From Novakomyces olei (Eukaryota): DNA of 64,000 nucleotides. Below, in pieces: positions 28,900 to 40,532 of this stretch. The stretch spans positions 1,116,001-1,180,000 of the forward strand of contig JADEYG010000012.1 in the NCBI GenBank assembly GCA_016906335.1. The letters are read 5' to 3'. How positions within the stretch are numbered: position 1 is the first letter of the stretch; each line of letters begins with the position of its first letter. Under the pieces are notes generated by a model that saw only the letters and a program-made list of their open reading frames with translations, was not told the origin of the DNA and did not search any database. The position numbers and the translations under genes were made by a program.

Positions 28900-29976
28900 G
28901 CGGGCCAGAAGAGAGTGTATATCTGTATATTTGTTTATTATGTATGTACAAGATGGCATTGTCTACAAGACCAAAAAGCACAATGTGCAGGTGGCATTTT
29001 TTAATATTGAAACCCCAATTCAATTCATTGGTGAAAGTATGTAATAGAAGATTGGTTAGTCTCAAAAGACTAGAGGATTGAAGAGGCCGAGTACAACCGC
29101 TCAATAGTTTGTTCTCTCAACACAATGTATAGTATATATTAGCTTTGAGCATGTAGATTCATAAGAGGCCAATCTAAATAAACAGCTGGTAATGTTTTAA
29201 TTTCCAAATTGTTTCAGTTGCTCAGACAGAAATAGTGAAAGGTTCTGTCTTACTCATCTCTTCACGACCAAATCAATATTAACGATCTCTTATTTTTATC
29301 ACACTCGTTTGACGATCAAATCTCCAAATCTTTGGAGTACAATTATAATGCATAATAAAAAGTTTAATTTATAGATCTACTAAAATTCTCAGTTTCTTCC
29401 TAAAATGGTAAACCCTGCCGATAAGTACTAGTAAAACGTGTGGTTGCAGATCGTGTTACAGCTGATCCAGATATTTTGAATCAGCTTTCACGTGATTCGA
29501 TCACCGCTGGTAAAGATACTTTCCCGCGACTAAACCGAGGTTACTCGGTATTAAAACTTTTGCCGCTGGATATCACAAAAGATAATTAACAAGGTAATTA
29601 ATGATACGGCGCATAATCGATTTAACCTTATTCTTTATCCATTTTTACCAATCAGAAAAGAAAATTATTTAAAAAGTGAGCGAGAGTAATAATTTCCGTT
29701 TTCGTATAGAAAATACTCAGATCATCCTTAAAATTTTTGCATTACAATTTAATGGCATCGCCTTCGACGTGTATTGCTCTAAACACGTGCAGACTGACGT
29801 CAAGCAACGCGACGAAAAGCGCCCCGGTGCCTTCCGATGCCGTCTCCTATAAAACGAGGAGTGTGACACTTTAGCTCATTAATCCAGTAAAATTGCAATT
29901 CCTTACTCCCTTTGCGTAGGTCATTGCCAATTTTCGTCCGTCGGTGCGTCTGAGCGCGTACCTTTATCTTGTACGA

Positions 29977-31218
29977 ATGGAGTCCTTTATCGATCCGACT
30001 GCCGGTGATCCGCTGGCGTATATGAGCCATGTTTACACGCAAGGTCTTTTACATGAACGGCCACCCATAACCTTCGACTGTACAAAGTGGGAAGGCCTGG
30101 CACGTGAACGGCTGCCTCCCGAGTCAATAGGCTACGTTTGCGGCAGTGCCAGTACGCAGGAGACGTACAACAAAAACATTGCTGCCTTTAAAAAATGGTC
30201 TATTGTGCCACGGAGGCTAATTCGCACTACAGAGTATCCAGATATTAGCACGCAGCTGTTTAATTCCAAGGACGGGTCTGGAGGACTTGGCATTAAAGTG
30301 CCAATTGCAATTGCCCCCGTAGGTGTTCAAACCATCTTTCATCCTGAGGGAGAAACAGCAGCAGCGTCAGCCGCTGCTCGTGAAAATGTGCCGTATATTC
30401 TAAGCACAGCTTCAGCTACGTCTATTGAAGACGTGGCCAAAGCCAGCGGTGAAGGATCTGAGCGATGGTTTCAGCTTTACTGGCCCGGCAATGAGCACAA
30501 TGACATCACTGCAAGTCTTTTGCGTCGGGCCAAAAGTAATGGGTACTCCACACTCGTAGTCACCCTCGACACGTACAAACTGGGCTGGAGGCCTTGTGAT
30601 CTCGATAATGGGTATAATCCTTTTTTAAAGCCAGACTCAATTGGAGTGGCCCACGGATTCACGGATCCAGTATTCCGCAAACAGTTCAAAGACTGTCATG
30701 GAGTCCAAGTAGAAGAGGCAGTTGGAAAGGCCGCACAAGAATGGGCTGGCATAGTATTTCCTGGGATGAATCATGGATGGGAGGATTTAAAATTCCTGCA
30801 GAGCCATTGGGAAGGGCCGATTGTACTGAAGGGCATTCAGTCTCCAGCTGATGCCAAATTAGCCGTCCAATATGGAGTTCAGGGTATTGTTGTCTCCAAC
30901 CACGGCGGTCGACAGCAAGATGGAGGTATTGGGTCGCTCGATACACTAAGTGGCATTGTTGAAGCTGTTGGGGACAAGATTGATGTTCTTTTTGACTCAG
31001 GGGTGCGATCAGGAGCGGATATCGTAAAGGCTTTAGCTTTGGGAGCGAAAACTGTTTTGATCGGCCGCCCTTATGTATACGGACTGGCTATCGGCGGCAG
31101 AGCCGGCGTGAGTCATGTACTAAGGTCTCTGCTGGGAGATATGATTATGACTATGCACCTTTCCGGTATCACGAGTGTAAAGGAGCTTGACAAGAGCTTT
31201 TTGGTCTATGAAAAGTAG
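29977..31218 (+). CDS. FMN-dependent alpha-hydroxy-acid oxidase/dehydrogenase (lactate 2-monooxygenase-like; no cytochrome b5 domain)
   Basis: APVGVQ, WFQLYWP, VTLDT..LGWRP.DL, LKGI, SNHGGRQ, DSGVRSG and GRPYVYGL. TATA-like CTATAAAA near 29847. Confidence 0.9.
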   Translation: MESFIDPTAGDPLAYMSHVYTQGLLHERPPITFDCTKWEGLARERLPPESIGYVCGSASTQETYNKNIAAFKKWSIVPRRLIRTTEYPDISTQLFNSKDGSGGLGIKVPIAIAPVGVQTIFHPEGETAAASAAARENVPYILSTASATSIEDVAKASGEGSERWFQLYWPGNEHNDITASLLRRAKSNGYSTLVVTLDTYKLGWRPCDLDNGYNPFLKPDSIGVAHGFTDPVFRKQFKDCHGVQVEEAVGKAAQEWAGIVFPGMNHGWEDLKFLQSHWEGPIVLKGIQSPADAKLAVQYGVQGIVVSNHGGRQQDGGIGSLDTLSGIVEAVGDKIDVLFDSGVRSGADIVKALALGAKTVLIGRPYVYGLAIGGRAGVSHVLRSLLGDMIMTMHLSGITSVKELDKSFLVYEK

Positions 31219-31482
31219 AATCTGAAACTGCAATTTAGTATATTATTGTACTATTATTGCCGTATAAAATTATTTTTGTAATTAGTTGTTATTGTAATTA
31301 TTACTGTAATTATTATTGTAATTTATTATTATCGTAATGTAATTTATTATTTTTGTAATTAATTGCAATTTATTGTGTTGTTGTAATTCAACTCTCCATC
31401 TATATGGCGATTGTGGTACTGATAAGCACCGTTCCAAGGCAAGGAAGGAGCTTTGGCCAATCACGATGAGTGAGACCGTCCA

Positions 31483-33783
31483 ATGAACACGGAAACGACG
31501 GAATCCCACCAGGATAAACTTGTCAGGCGCGCGGGGTCGGCGGTCGGTAATGCCTTTCAGAGTAGCTTGGAGCAGAAAATCACAAATGCCGCTAAAGCGG
31601 GCCTTGTGCAAACGGCAACAGCAAAAGCTCCTCCTCCATACGAATACTTGTCGCTTGCGCCTTCCCGCTATCGGCTGTTCTCGGCGCTCGAATCAAACTT
31701 GCAAAAGGATCCTGGGGATCAAGGATTCCTGCTGAGTTATCGCGTGTCAAGTGCCTTTCCTATAATCGCTGCTTATTTAGGGCCGATATCGAATTTGAAT
31801 TCCGTCGTTGCAATTGTGGATAAATGGCGAATTGCACCAGACGGCGAAAACGTTCCAGATCGGCACTGGCTTTTGGGTCTTAACGCACTATCTCTTTTCT
31901 TTGGCTGCCTGGCAAATATTTGGCTCTACCTAACCTTTTCCGGACGCGTAAAGCACACTTATTCCCAATTTGTTTGTATTGCGAGTTGGTACTTGGCGTG
32001 TGCACTTTTGCTGGCGCTCCTTTGCAGTTCGCATTTTGTATATTTTTCAGCTAATAGCATTTACTCCCGCAGCCAGGGCTTTTGGAACGCTACTGTGACC
32101 TGTTCAATATACTTTATCTGTGCCTCACTGCTTTTAGTAAACCAAATTGGCCGTATGCGCAATTGGTACAGCGAGGCCTTTAACCTCTCTGCCTCGCAGC
32201 GTCGGCTCATGGTTCAAAACGTGTTTTTCATTGTCTGGCTAGGCTCTGGTGGCGGGCTTTTCTCCTACTTGCTGAGTGTAAGTTTTGCCGACGCTACTTA
32301 CTACTGCCTCGTTACTGTCCTCACCATCGGACTCGGCGACTTTGCGCCGCATACAAATCTGGCACGTGCATTGTGCCTGCCCTACGCTTTCGTTGGGGTT
32401 ATTTCCCTTTGTCTTATTGTGTCCTCTATCCGATCGGCCGTTCTCGACACTGCCAGTCTCGCAAACACTATCAACTATATCGAGCACAGTCGCCGAAAGT
32501 TGTACGCCAAGTCTAATACCAAAAGAGATCAAGACCATGGAGGTGGAGACGGAGACGGAGACGGAGGCGGAGACGGAGACGGAGGTGGAGACGGAGACGG
32601 AGACGGAGACATGGACGGGGGACTGATGGGCCGCGATCGTACAAACAAACCTAATAATGTTGATGAGAATAATTACAGAAACTTGGCAAACACTAAAGAC
32701 GGAAATAACAACGGAAATGACTCTGGCTTAAACGCGCTTGGCCAGGGGCATAGTCTCGCAAACGATGGCACTACCAACCCCCGAAACGTACCAGGCTCTA
32801 GTACGCAAATGCCTGAGCTTGGTATGCGTAATTTGCACGATTCGATAGAGGCGAATGGGAAGGCTGTAGAGGGTCGAGCCTTTTCGGATATACGAAATCT
32901 CCATGTACTTGCTCAGAAAAGAGACCGTTTAATTTCTGCCGTCTTTTCTTGCATTATTTTTGTTGCCTTCTGGTTAGTAGGGGCTGCCGTTTTCTCCCGA
33001 GTGGAGAATTGGACCTACTTTGACGGAGTTTATTTCTGCAGCCTGTGCTTGCTGACAATCGGGTACGGGGATTTTACACCGTCTACGCCTGGAGGTAGAG
33101 TGTTTTTTATTATTTGGGCGGTACTGGCAGTGCCGATGATGACTATTCTCATCTCGAGCCTGGGTGATACGCTTTTTGATTATCTTTTTCAGGGCGGCGA
33201 TATCGTTACAACATGGCTTTTGGCCGCTTATTCTGTGCGAAAATCGGCATTCAAATCAAAGCGGCGCGGGCGAAATAAGAAACCCTCGTCTCTGAACCCG
33301 ATCAACAAATTGGAAGCAATCGGAGACCCTTTGGAACGAGACCAAGCAATACCGTCTGAGGCAGACGTAGAAACAGAAGAAGAGGAAGAAGAAGAAGAAG
33401 AATTGGAAAATGCAATTGACCGATCTGAGTCCAGAGATGAAGCGGCAGTGAAAAAAGACGAAACACCGTCTAACCTGACAGCAAATGAAGAAGCAATGGC
33501 ACAAGTCTTGTTGCTAGTGCAGATAATTCGGCAATTATCTACAATTCAAGCAACAGATCCAGGTCACAAATTTACGTATGACCAATGGCGATCTGTACTT
33601 AATTTATGTGGCATGGGAGACCGGGTGGAGGATCAGCAATTCTGGGTCTCAGATCAGTCACCTCTCCGGTACCCAATTGTGGAGTCGCGATTCTTTGTGC
33701 TCGCGTGTCTAAGAGCTATCGAAAACTGCGTGTTTAAAGGGCTCGACAAACCAAGGGAGGAGACCAAGACTGAACATGATTGA
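31483..33783 (+). CDS. TOK1: Two-pore outward-rectifier K+ channel
   Basis: Pore loops TIGLGD and TIGYGD; 8-TM TOK1-type layout. Confidence 0.9.
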   Translation: MNTETTESHQDKLVRRAGSAVGNAFQSSLEQKITNAAKAGLVQTATAKAPPPYEYLSLAPSRYRLFSALESNLQKDPGDQGFLLSYRVSSAFPIIAAYLGPISNLNSVVAIVDKWRIAPDGENVPDRHWLLGLNALSLFFGCLANIWLYLTFSGRVKHTYSQFVCIASWYLACALLLALLCSSHFVYFSANSIYSRSQGFWNATVTCSIYFICASLLLVNQIGRMRNWYSEAFNLSASQRRLMVQNVFFIVWLGSGGGLFSYLLSVSFADATYYCLVTVLTIGLGDFAPHTNLARALCLPYAFVGVISLCLIVSSIRSAVLDTASLANTINYIEHSRRKLYAKSNTKRDQDHGGGDGDGDGGGDGDGGGDGDGDGDMDGGLMGRDRTNKPNNVDENNYRNLANTKDGNNNGNDSGLNALGQGHSLANDGTTNPRNVPGSSTQMPELGMRNLHDSIEANGKAVEGRAFSDIRNLHVLAQKRDRLISAVFSCIIFVAFWLVGAAVFSRVENWTYFDGVYFCSLCLLTIGYGDFTPSTPGGRVFFIIWAVLAVPMMTILISSLGDTLFDYLFQGGDIVTTWLLAAYSVRKSAFKSKRRGRNKKPSSLNPINKLEAIGDPLERDQAIPSEADVETEEEEEEEEELENAIDRSESRDEAAVKKDETPSNLTANEEAMAQVLLLVQIIRQLSTIQATDPGHKFTYDQWRSVLNLCGMGDRVEDQQFWVSDQSPLRYPIVESRFFVLACLRAIENCVFKGLDKPREETKTEHD

Positions 33784-34015
33784 ACGAGGGGTTTGTAGTA
33801 TGTTTAATGTATAAAGTAAAATGGAATAAATATAGAAAATGCACAATTATAAAAAATGGATAAATAAAAAATTGAATAAATATAAAAAATGAATATAAAA
33901 CCTAGTGTGATATTAAGAGTAAAATATGGTAAATATTTAATTATATAATTGTACTGGAAACTGCAATAAATTAAATTATTTAAAATCAATTCAGCACTAC
34001 GATGAAGGCCCTAGC

Positions 34016-35619
34016 ATGAAGATTCCTTTACCGGAGCGATTTATCAATGCTCCGCTCGAATCATATGTGGACCAATTGGTTGCGGTTGCACAACTGCCGC
34101 TCGTAAAATCACTATGCCATGTTCATATGACGAGCTATTTTACAAAGAACGTTTGGAATAATGTACTTCCTAAGGATTGGACAGAATGGTTTGATTGCCA
34201 TTCGAGTGATACGGAAGAAATGTATCACACAATCGGACTATTATTTTCTATAATGACGGATCCTAGAGCAAAACAATACGACGGAAAAAAGATCCAAATT
34301 TGCGGCTACCCTTTAAGTGAAAATCCTAGAGATGTACTGCCTCAGACTCTTTGTGACTTTTTGGAAGCAGTCGACCAAGTGTCGCTTCTGCGGGTCCCTA
34401 ACCAGGAATTTAGACTGCGACAGGAAGAATTTAGCTTGAGTCTGCAAATAGGTATTTATTTTTTTTTATTTTTACTCTTTTTTTAACAAATGCACTTGTC
34501 TGAGTGAAGATGCGTCTGCTTCTTTTACTTTTCTTTTGGTTTCAAACCTTACGCTTTTAATATGAGATTTGAAAAAGTGTCATATGTATGCGTTTCACCG
34601 TTTCAAGGCCGTTTGTCTTTGTGTTTAAACGATTATGCCTCTTTATTCGTATACTACAGTATTAACTTTTAGGAATGAAGCCCAAGAAAATTCATGAGGT
34701 ACAGCGATTCGCACAGTACGTGCAGGAACGTGCTGCCTCTCATGGTACGGGTTTGATCCTTGATGTGGGAAGTGGAAAAGGCTACTTGTCACGTGTGCTC
34801 GCCCACAAGGGCCTGCAAGTTCTTGCTATTGATCGTCGAAAGGCCAATACGCAAAGCGCGACTGCCTTTGATCGCAAACAAAAATTTGCAAACGGCACTG
34901 TTACACATGTGGACCATGAGATATTCGAGCCTAATCTTGAGCCAATTATTTCACAGTGGGAAAGGGGCAGCCAAGATTATACACCGTCTTCCATTGTTGT
35001 CGGCTTACACGCCTGTGGAGATTTGACCCCGTGTATATTACGAATGTTGCAAATCAACGCAAACGTTTCTGCTGTTGCTGTAGTAGGCTGTTGCTACCAT
35101 ATGCTTTCCCATTTTCCTATGAGTCAAAAGCTGCAGAGTATCGGAGGGTTAAATTTTACAAATAATGCCTTAATGCTGGGCTGCCAATCACCTTTTACCT
35201 GGGAGCGGAGTACGGCTGATGGGTTTTTCAAAAGACATTATTACCGGGCCCTATTTGAGTGGCTCGTTCATGAAAAGAATCTTTTGCCAGAAGGATTTGT
35301 TGGCCGTACAGTAGTAGGATCGTTTCATTTCTCGAAGTATGTTGATTTTGCTTGCTATGCAAAGGCTGCGCTGGCAAAGTTGTCACTGCCTTCGCTGTCC
35401 ACTATGGAACTGAATGATTTTGAGAGGGAGCACAGTGATCATTATCGTCGTATAAGTATCATGTGGAGCCTCAAGTCTTTAATGTCGCCGGTTATGGAAT
35501 CACTCGTTCTCGTTGATCGTGTTTTGTGGCTTCAAGAACACGGTTTTAATGTTGCTATTGAGCCCTTGTTTGATATTGAAACGAGTCCGCGCAACATGGT
35601 GATTTATGCGGAGAGATAG
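34016..35619 (+). CDS. METTL25/RRNAD1-like SAM-dependent methyltransferase; intron 34452-34672
   Basis: GMKPKKIHEV, LDVGSGKGYL, GLHACGDL, VGCCYH, ESLVLVDR and SPRN. Confidence 0.88.
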
Positions 35620-35952
35620 AAGCTGGTACAGGGCATCAAGGCGTCAAGTTTCAAGATAGAATGTAATATTAGACTGGGAAAAAGTACAAGTTATAATTAT
35701 AATACGAATATGAACAATGCAATGGATGCAATTCATATAAGTTTAATAAATCTGCTAAACAAAAGATTAAAGAAAAGGAAGAAAAGAAAATACTAAAAAC
35801 TAAAATTTACCAATCTCCATTTATTGGAATTTGTGGTCCTTTAATATGATCTGCTCCAAGTATAGCTGATTAAATCTAATTCATAATTTGTACACAAAAC
35901 TTCCGCCTCAGTCCAGGCATAATGATATAACACCGTGGGAATAAGTTCGAGA

Positions 35953-37339
35953 CTATGCCGCGTCATTGTTAATTACAGACTTTACAGGTTCGGAATCGAT
36001 AAAGAGCCGGTGAGTCTCGATATACTTGATTACCGAATTTGGTAACAAGTACTGTACGCTCATACCTCGCCTGAAGAATAAACGGACCTTTGTACTCGAA
36101 ATATCATTGTAAATGAGCTGTTTAATAACGACAATGTTTTTCTGGTCATTAGAGGACGGAAAAAGACTCAACTAAAAGAAAACTTGAATGTTTGAACAGA
36201 AGAAGCCATTATAAATCATAAAAGAATCATACCCGATGCTCATATAATATATCGTGTGATAATAAAAAGCCCCATACATCAGAGCCTGTGCGTTCGACAA
36301 TAAGAGCCCCGTAATTCCCAAGAATATGATGTAGCTAGAAAATTTAATTTTGATAATAATTACAAATACATACGTCTTGATCGGACCAAACATCCGGTTC
36401 CCCCATAGATTCTATAAGATCCCCACCAGCTAGAAGCATAATCTTACACTTGCGCTGTTTACCATTGCTGAAGACCATTCCTCCATTCCGTTGATTTAAT
36501 TCATGATCAAAATGATCCAAGACGTTTGCCGTTGGTGTGTAACCTTTCTGAAGCGACTCCCAAGCGTCTACCATGAGCCACGAAGATGTACGCTCCGATG
36601 CAATTTCGCACATCCGTACTCTGTGCCTGGCGGGAGCTAGTCCGGGTTTTTTGTACGCATCGGAAACGCTTCATTATTGTTTAGTCGGCTGGCAAAATAT
36701 GTAACAAATAAAACGAAAAATCCGATTCGGAGACTTACGGCGAGTAATAGCCTCCCATGACTTCGTAATTCGAATTTTCCCGCAAATTATCCAAAGCCAT
36801 TTCTGTCGTTAATTGAACCGTTTTAAACCCCAATATTAAATTTAAAATATTAGAATCAAAGTATGCAAGCAAGCATCAGCAAGCACCAGCAAGCAACTTG
36901 AAATTCCTACCAAATATCCGCAAATGCAAGTATGTTATAGGGGAAAAGGATCCGCACGCGACAATAACAAGAGGCTCCTTCTCAGGATCTATATAAATTA
37001 GAAGGCTTAAAGGGTATAATTTTACGCAAACTCACCGGCCATAACCGTCCGCAAGCGGTGGTCAGGAAAGTTGTATTCATGTAAAGACTCAGCTTGGCGC
37101 GAAATTCCGGCAGGAACTTCTTCCAAGTCAGCTGCGTCGCCAATGCGATTACGGCCATCGTGCGGTCCTCGACTGAGTCGCTGAACTTCGTCCAAAGTAT
37201 CGTTTGAGAGTTTACGTCTCGTTAGTAACGAAGGCCTTCGCACATAGTCGATCGGTGTCAGCGCTCCACCGCTCTCGTCGCTATCGGAAGCCACATCAGT
37301 CGTACTTTTATACGATTTCCGCCGCGATGAGACACTCAT
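35953..37339 (-). CDS. NMA1: Nicotinamide/nicotinate-mononucleotide adenylyltransferase; introns 36989-37035, 36803-36910, 36669-36738, 36335-36373, 36142-36232
   Basis: ACGSFSPITYLHLRIFEMA, SPVSDAYKKPGL, MVDAWES, LLAGGDLIESM and NDISSTKVRLF. Confidence 0.93.
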
Positions 37340-37691
37340 GGCCGGATTTCTAGTGCCGAAAATACGTGTAATTTTTCTATTTCTTGTCGCTCGGAAAATA
37401 GGCCTTTGGCGTGCCCCGCCAGCTGTCTTGGCGTCAAGGCGTGCCCTGACTTTTAGCGCAAATGTATTGTATTCTTTTATTTGTTAGACAGAGTACAGTG
37501 TGTACTTTCGAGTAGTAGTCAGACTCGTTTTTTCCAGTGCTCGGCGACTATTACTGCATAATATTTCCAGAAGAAATGTGGGTTATAGGGGGGGAAAGAG
37601 GTTTATACTGGCGAATTAATAACATACAATAACGAAGAGTACTTTTGTGCAATATTCAAAGATTCGTCGTAATTATAAAACACCGATCTAA

Positions 37692-37730
37692 AAACACTGA
37701 TTATTAAACACTGATTATTAAACACTGATT
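37692..37730. repeat. About 3 copies of a 14-bp repeat AAACACTGATTATT
   Basis: Directly visible. Confidence 0.85.
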
Positions 37731-38322
37731 GTCCTTTACACGAGAAATTGTTTATGTCCAAACAGTTTTATTCTGCAATTATGATAATCATTGAATATTC
37801 AAACGGCGTACATTATTGCCTGCGTCGCTAAAACGTCAAGGCCTGGGTCGTACTTTCTGCTGGTTTTAGCGTTCGGCATATGGTTTACTTGGCAGCTCGC
37901 TCCCCATTATTTGTATATGTGGGGAAAGCGAGAAAAAATATCCAAAGGAAAAATTACAGCCATATTTGGACAAATAAACAAAAAGAAGGGTTATCGATCA
38001 TAATCATCCACCCCATCCTTTCGTCCATATTTTTTATGTCCATATTTTTTTGATTGCAATGTTTGAACAAAATTTCTAACTCTTTGAATAGACCCTAGGT
38101 GAAGTTTTGATCCAAGTTTGGTGACAGCCAGGCGGACGGCTTAGATTCAATTATTATATACTAGTCTTTATATACTTACTGGCGCTCTTGGACCTAACGC
38201 TATACTATCTTGAAGTGCAGTGTAGCTTTCATCTGGTCTCATTATCTTATAAGCAATAAAGAAACTAACCCTAAACCCTAATCCTAGAATTTAAACGTTA
38301 TCAGTATAAACCCTAACTAAGC

Positions 38323-39597
38323 TTAAAACCTGGTAATATCGCGTCCAAACACTGTTGTAGTCAGCCAGTAAACCGGAATGAGAAATTTGTTCCTCAATGA
38401 AATGGTCATGGTCAAATATGCAGTACGCCACAGCAGCCAGGCAAGACGGCCACGCAATTTAGCGTGCTTGGTTTCGGCAATTGCGGTCCAGGAACCGACG
38501 TAGGTCATGATCCCACGATTGACAAACGTGAAATCTTCGTCAACTTCGGGATTGTTCAATCGATGAGCGAGATATCGAGCTTGCTGCGAGGCAACTTGAG
38601 CCGTTGCCGGTAGAGGATTTCCCTTGATAGTACAGCAATCACCAGCGGCATATATACTCTCGATCGGTTTGCCCGTGGCCTCGTCGAGTACATTCATCTT
38701 TTCATTGACGAGCAAGTTACCTGTTTTTGGAGCCTTTTTCATGTCCTTGATTCCCTCTATCAATGGATTCTGTGCTAACCCAGTTGACCAGACCAAAAGT
38801 CCAACAGGACGCTCAACCCCATTTACCTTATAACTGTTGGCGTGAACACTTTCGATTTTTGTATTTGTTAAAATACGAATACGATCACGTGCAAACTTAT
38901 GAGCAGCAAACTCACTCAGTCGTTCATCAAAGGCATTCAATATACGACCGGCCACGTCTACCACAGCAATATCAACGTACGGCAGTAGATGCAGATAGAC
39001 ATGAGCGAGATCAAAGTATATAAAGTCATGAATCTCGGAGGCCAGTTCTATCCCAGTGGGTCCACCGCCAACCATTACAAAGTGCAAAAGCCTCCGTTTT
39101 TCTGCTTCCGTGGTTCCGGGCAACGCGGCCCGTTCAAAATTGGACAAAAGCCGGAGACGGATACGTCTCGCATCAGAAATGTCTTTGGCAAAAAAGGCGT
39201 GCTCTTTCACGCCCGGTGTATTAAAAGTCTGTACATAGCATCCAGGAGCAAGTACAAGTTTATCAAATTGAAGTGCAATTTTTCCAGCTGTTGTATCGCG
39301 CGGCTGGCATTGTATAGTTTTGCGTGATTGATCTAATCCGTCCACCCAGGCTTCCAAAAAATGAACGTTCCGCAAGCGTCTGACGGGTTCAGCAGCAGCC
39401 CGAAACTCGAGCGTTCCCACCGCCGTTGAGGCCAAAAGAGGTGTAAACGTAAAATAGCTACGAGGCGATACTACAGTGACATCATAGTCCTTGGCTTTAA
39501 GAAGACGAGCAATCGAGTATCCAGCCCATCCGCTTCCCACCACAACAAGCTTCTCCTTTGGCGAGTGTAATGCACTTGAAAAAGGACGTAGAAACAT
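38323..39597 (-). CDS. Type II (alternative) NAD(P)H dehydrogenase, mitochondrial
   Basis: VVGSGWAG, FTFTPLLASTAVGTLE, VGGGPTGIE, PATAQVA.QQ and WRTAYL..FGRDITRF. Confidence 0.92.
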   Translation of the reverse strand: MFLRPFSSALHSPKEKLVVVGSGWAGYSIARLLKAKDYDVTVVSPRSYFTFTPLLASTAVGTLEFRAAAEPVRRLRNVHFLEAWVDGLDQSRKTIQCQPRDTTAGKIALQFDKLVLAPGCYVQTFNTPGVKEHAFFAKDISDARRIRLRLLSNFERAALPGTTEAEKRRLLHFVMVGGGPTGIELASEIHDFIYFDLAHVYLHLLPYVDIAVVDVAGRILNAFDERLSEFAAHKFARDRIRILTNTKIESVHANSYKVNGVERPVGLLVWSTGLAQNPLIEGIKDMKKAPKTGNLLVNEKMNVLDEATGKPIESIYAAGDCCTIKGNPLPATAQVASQQARYLAHRLNNPEVDEDFTFVNRGIMTYVGSWTAIAETKHAKLRGRLAWLLWRTAYLTMTISLRNKFLIPVYWLTTTVFGRDITRF

Positions 39598-40532
39598 GGC
39601 AGCGGACTTGTATCCTGAAACTGCGAGTCAGTCCCGAGAACAATTAGAAAGAGCTGGGCAGCTTGAAAGTGTGCGACTGCAATAAACAGAGGTAAAAGCA
39701 GATTATCTCGGCACTGCTGAATTGCACAATTGAGCCACGAGATTCCGTACGGCTGAGCCAATCAAAAAGTCACTAAATACAGCAACCCCTGGCAGATTGG
39801 CCTTTGTGCAATACGATAGAGCCCTTGTCGAGTCGCAGAGGAACTTTTTTTCCCAGACTGGACTTTTGTCCCGTTTCGCCTGCTGAAGCCTTCCGCGTAC
39901 TCCAATCGAGACTTGGCTCTTGTATTCAATTTGCACGACAAACGGCGGTACCTTTGACGATCATATATACCGATTCCCGTCCGAAACGTCCTGTCAAATC
40001 AGCCATTAAACCTCAATTTGAAATATACTTGCGATATTAATGGACGGGCGGGCGTGCAATGACCAATTTTAATATATGACATAAATGTAAAGGGTTTTAC
40101 ATAATACGAATGAGACATGTGGGCGTTTATCGGTGCGCAAGTCAAGAGATTATTGATAAATTATTAGAGTGCTCGAATATAAGTCGTGAAATGAAAATTA
40201 ACGCAGGTTTACAAAGCAAATTGTTGTTTTGGCTCCTTTTCAAACTGTACAGCGTCCAAAGTACAGTCCATAACCAAACTCGATCCAAAGCTGATGTGCA
40301 AAATGAGATTTTGATACGAATATTAATTTCATAAAATTTGGTGTGTCTAAACCAATTGCAACAGCTCTCCGGAGAAGCCGGGCCAATAAAGAAATAAGAC
40401 TCAAATTTTATAATTTGTTAATATGCACTTGTAATGTAGACCAAGCAAGCAGAGCTGTTTGCAGCGTTCACTTCAACGGCAAAATGGTTGGCAATCTCCG
40501 AGATTGTTTTGAATTAGCATCTAAGCCGATCT

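Noticed and set aside
38172-38240. ATACTTACTGGC resembling the U1 snRNA 5' end
   Set aside because: It lacks one C of ACTTACCTG, and no U1A loop or Sm site follows. It reads better as a minus-strand GTAAGT donor or as chance.
38265-38290. CTAACCCTAA as a telomerase RNA template
   Set aside because: On the + strand it runs straight into the antisense of a conserved CDS with no room for a pseudoknot, and the same motif occurs in several promoters.
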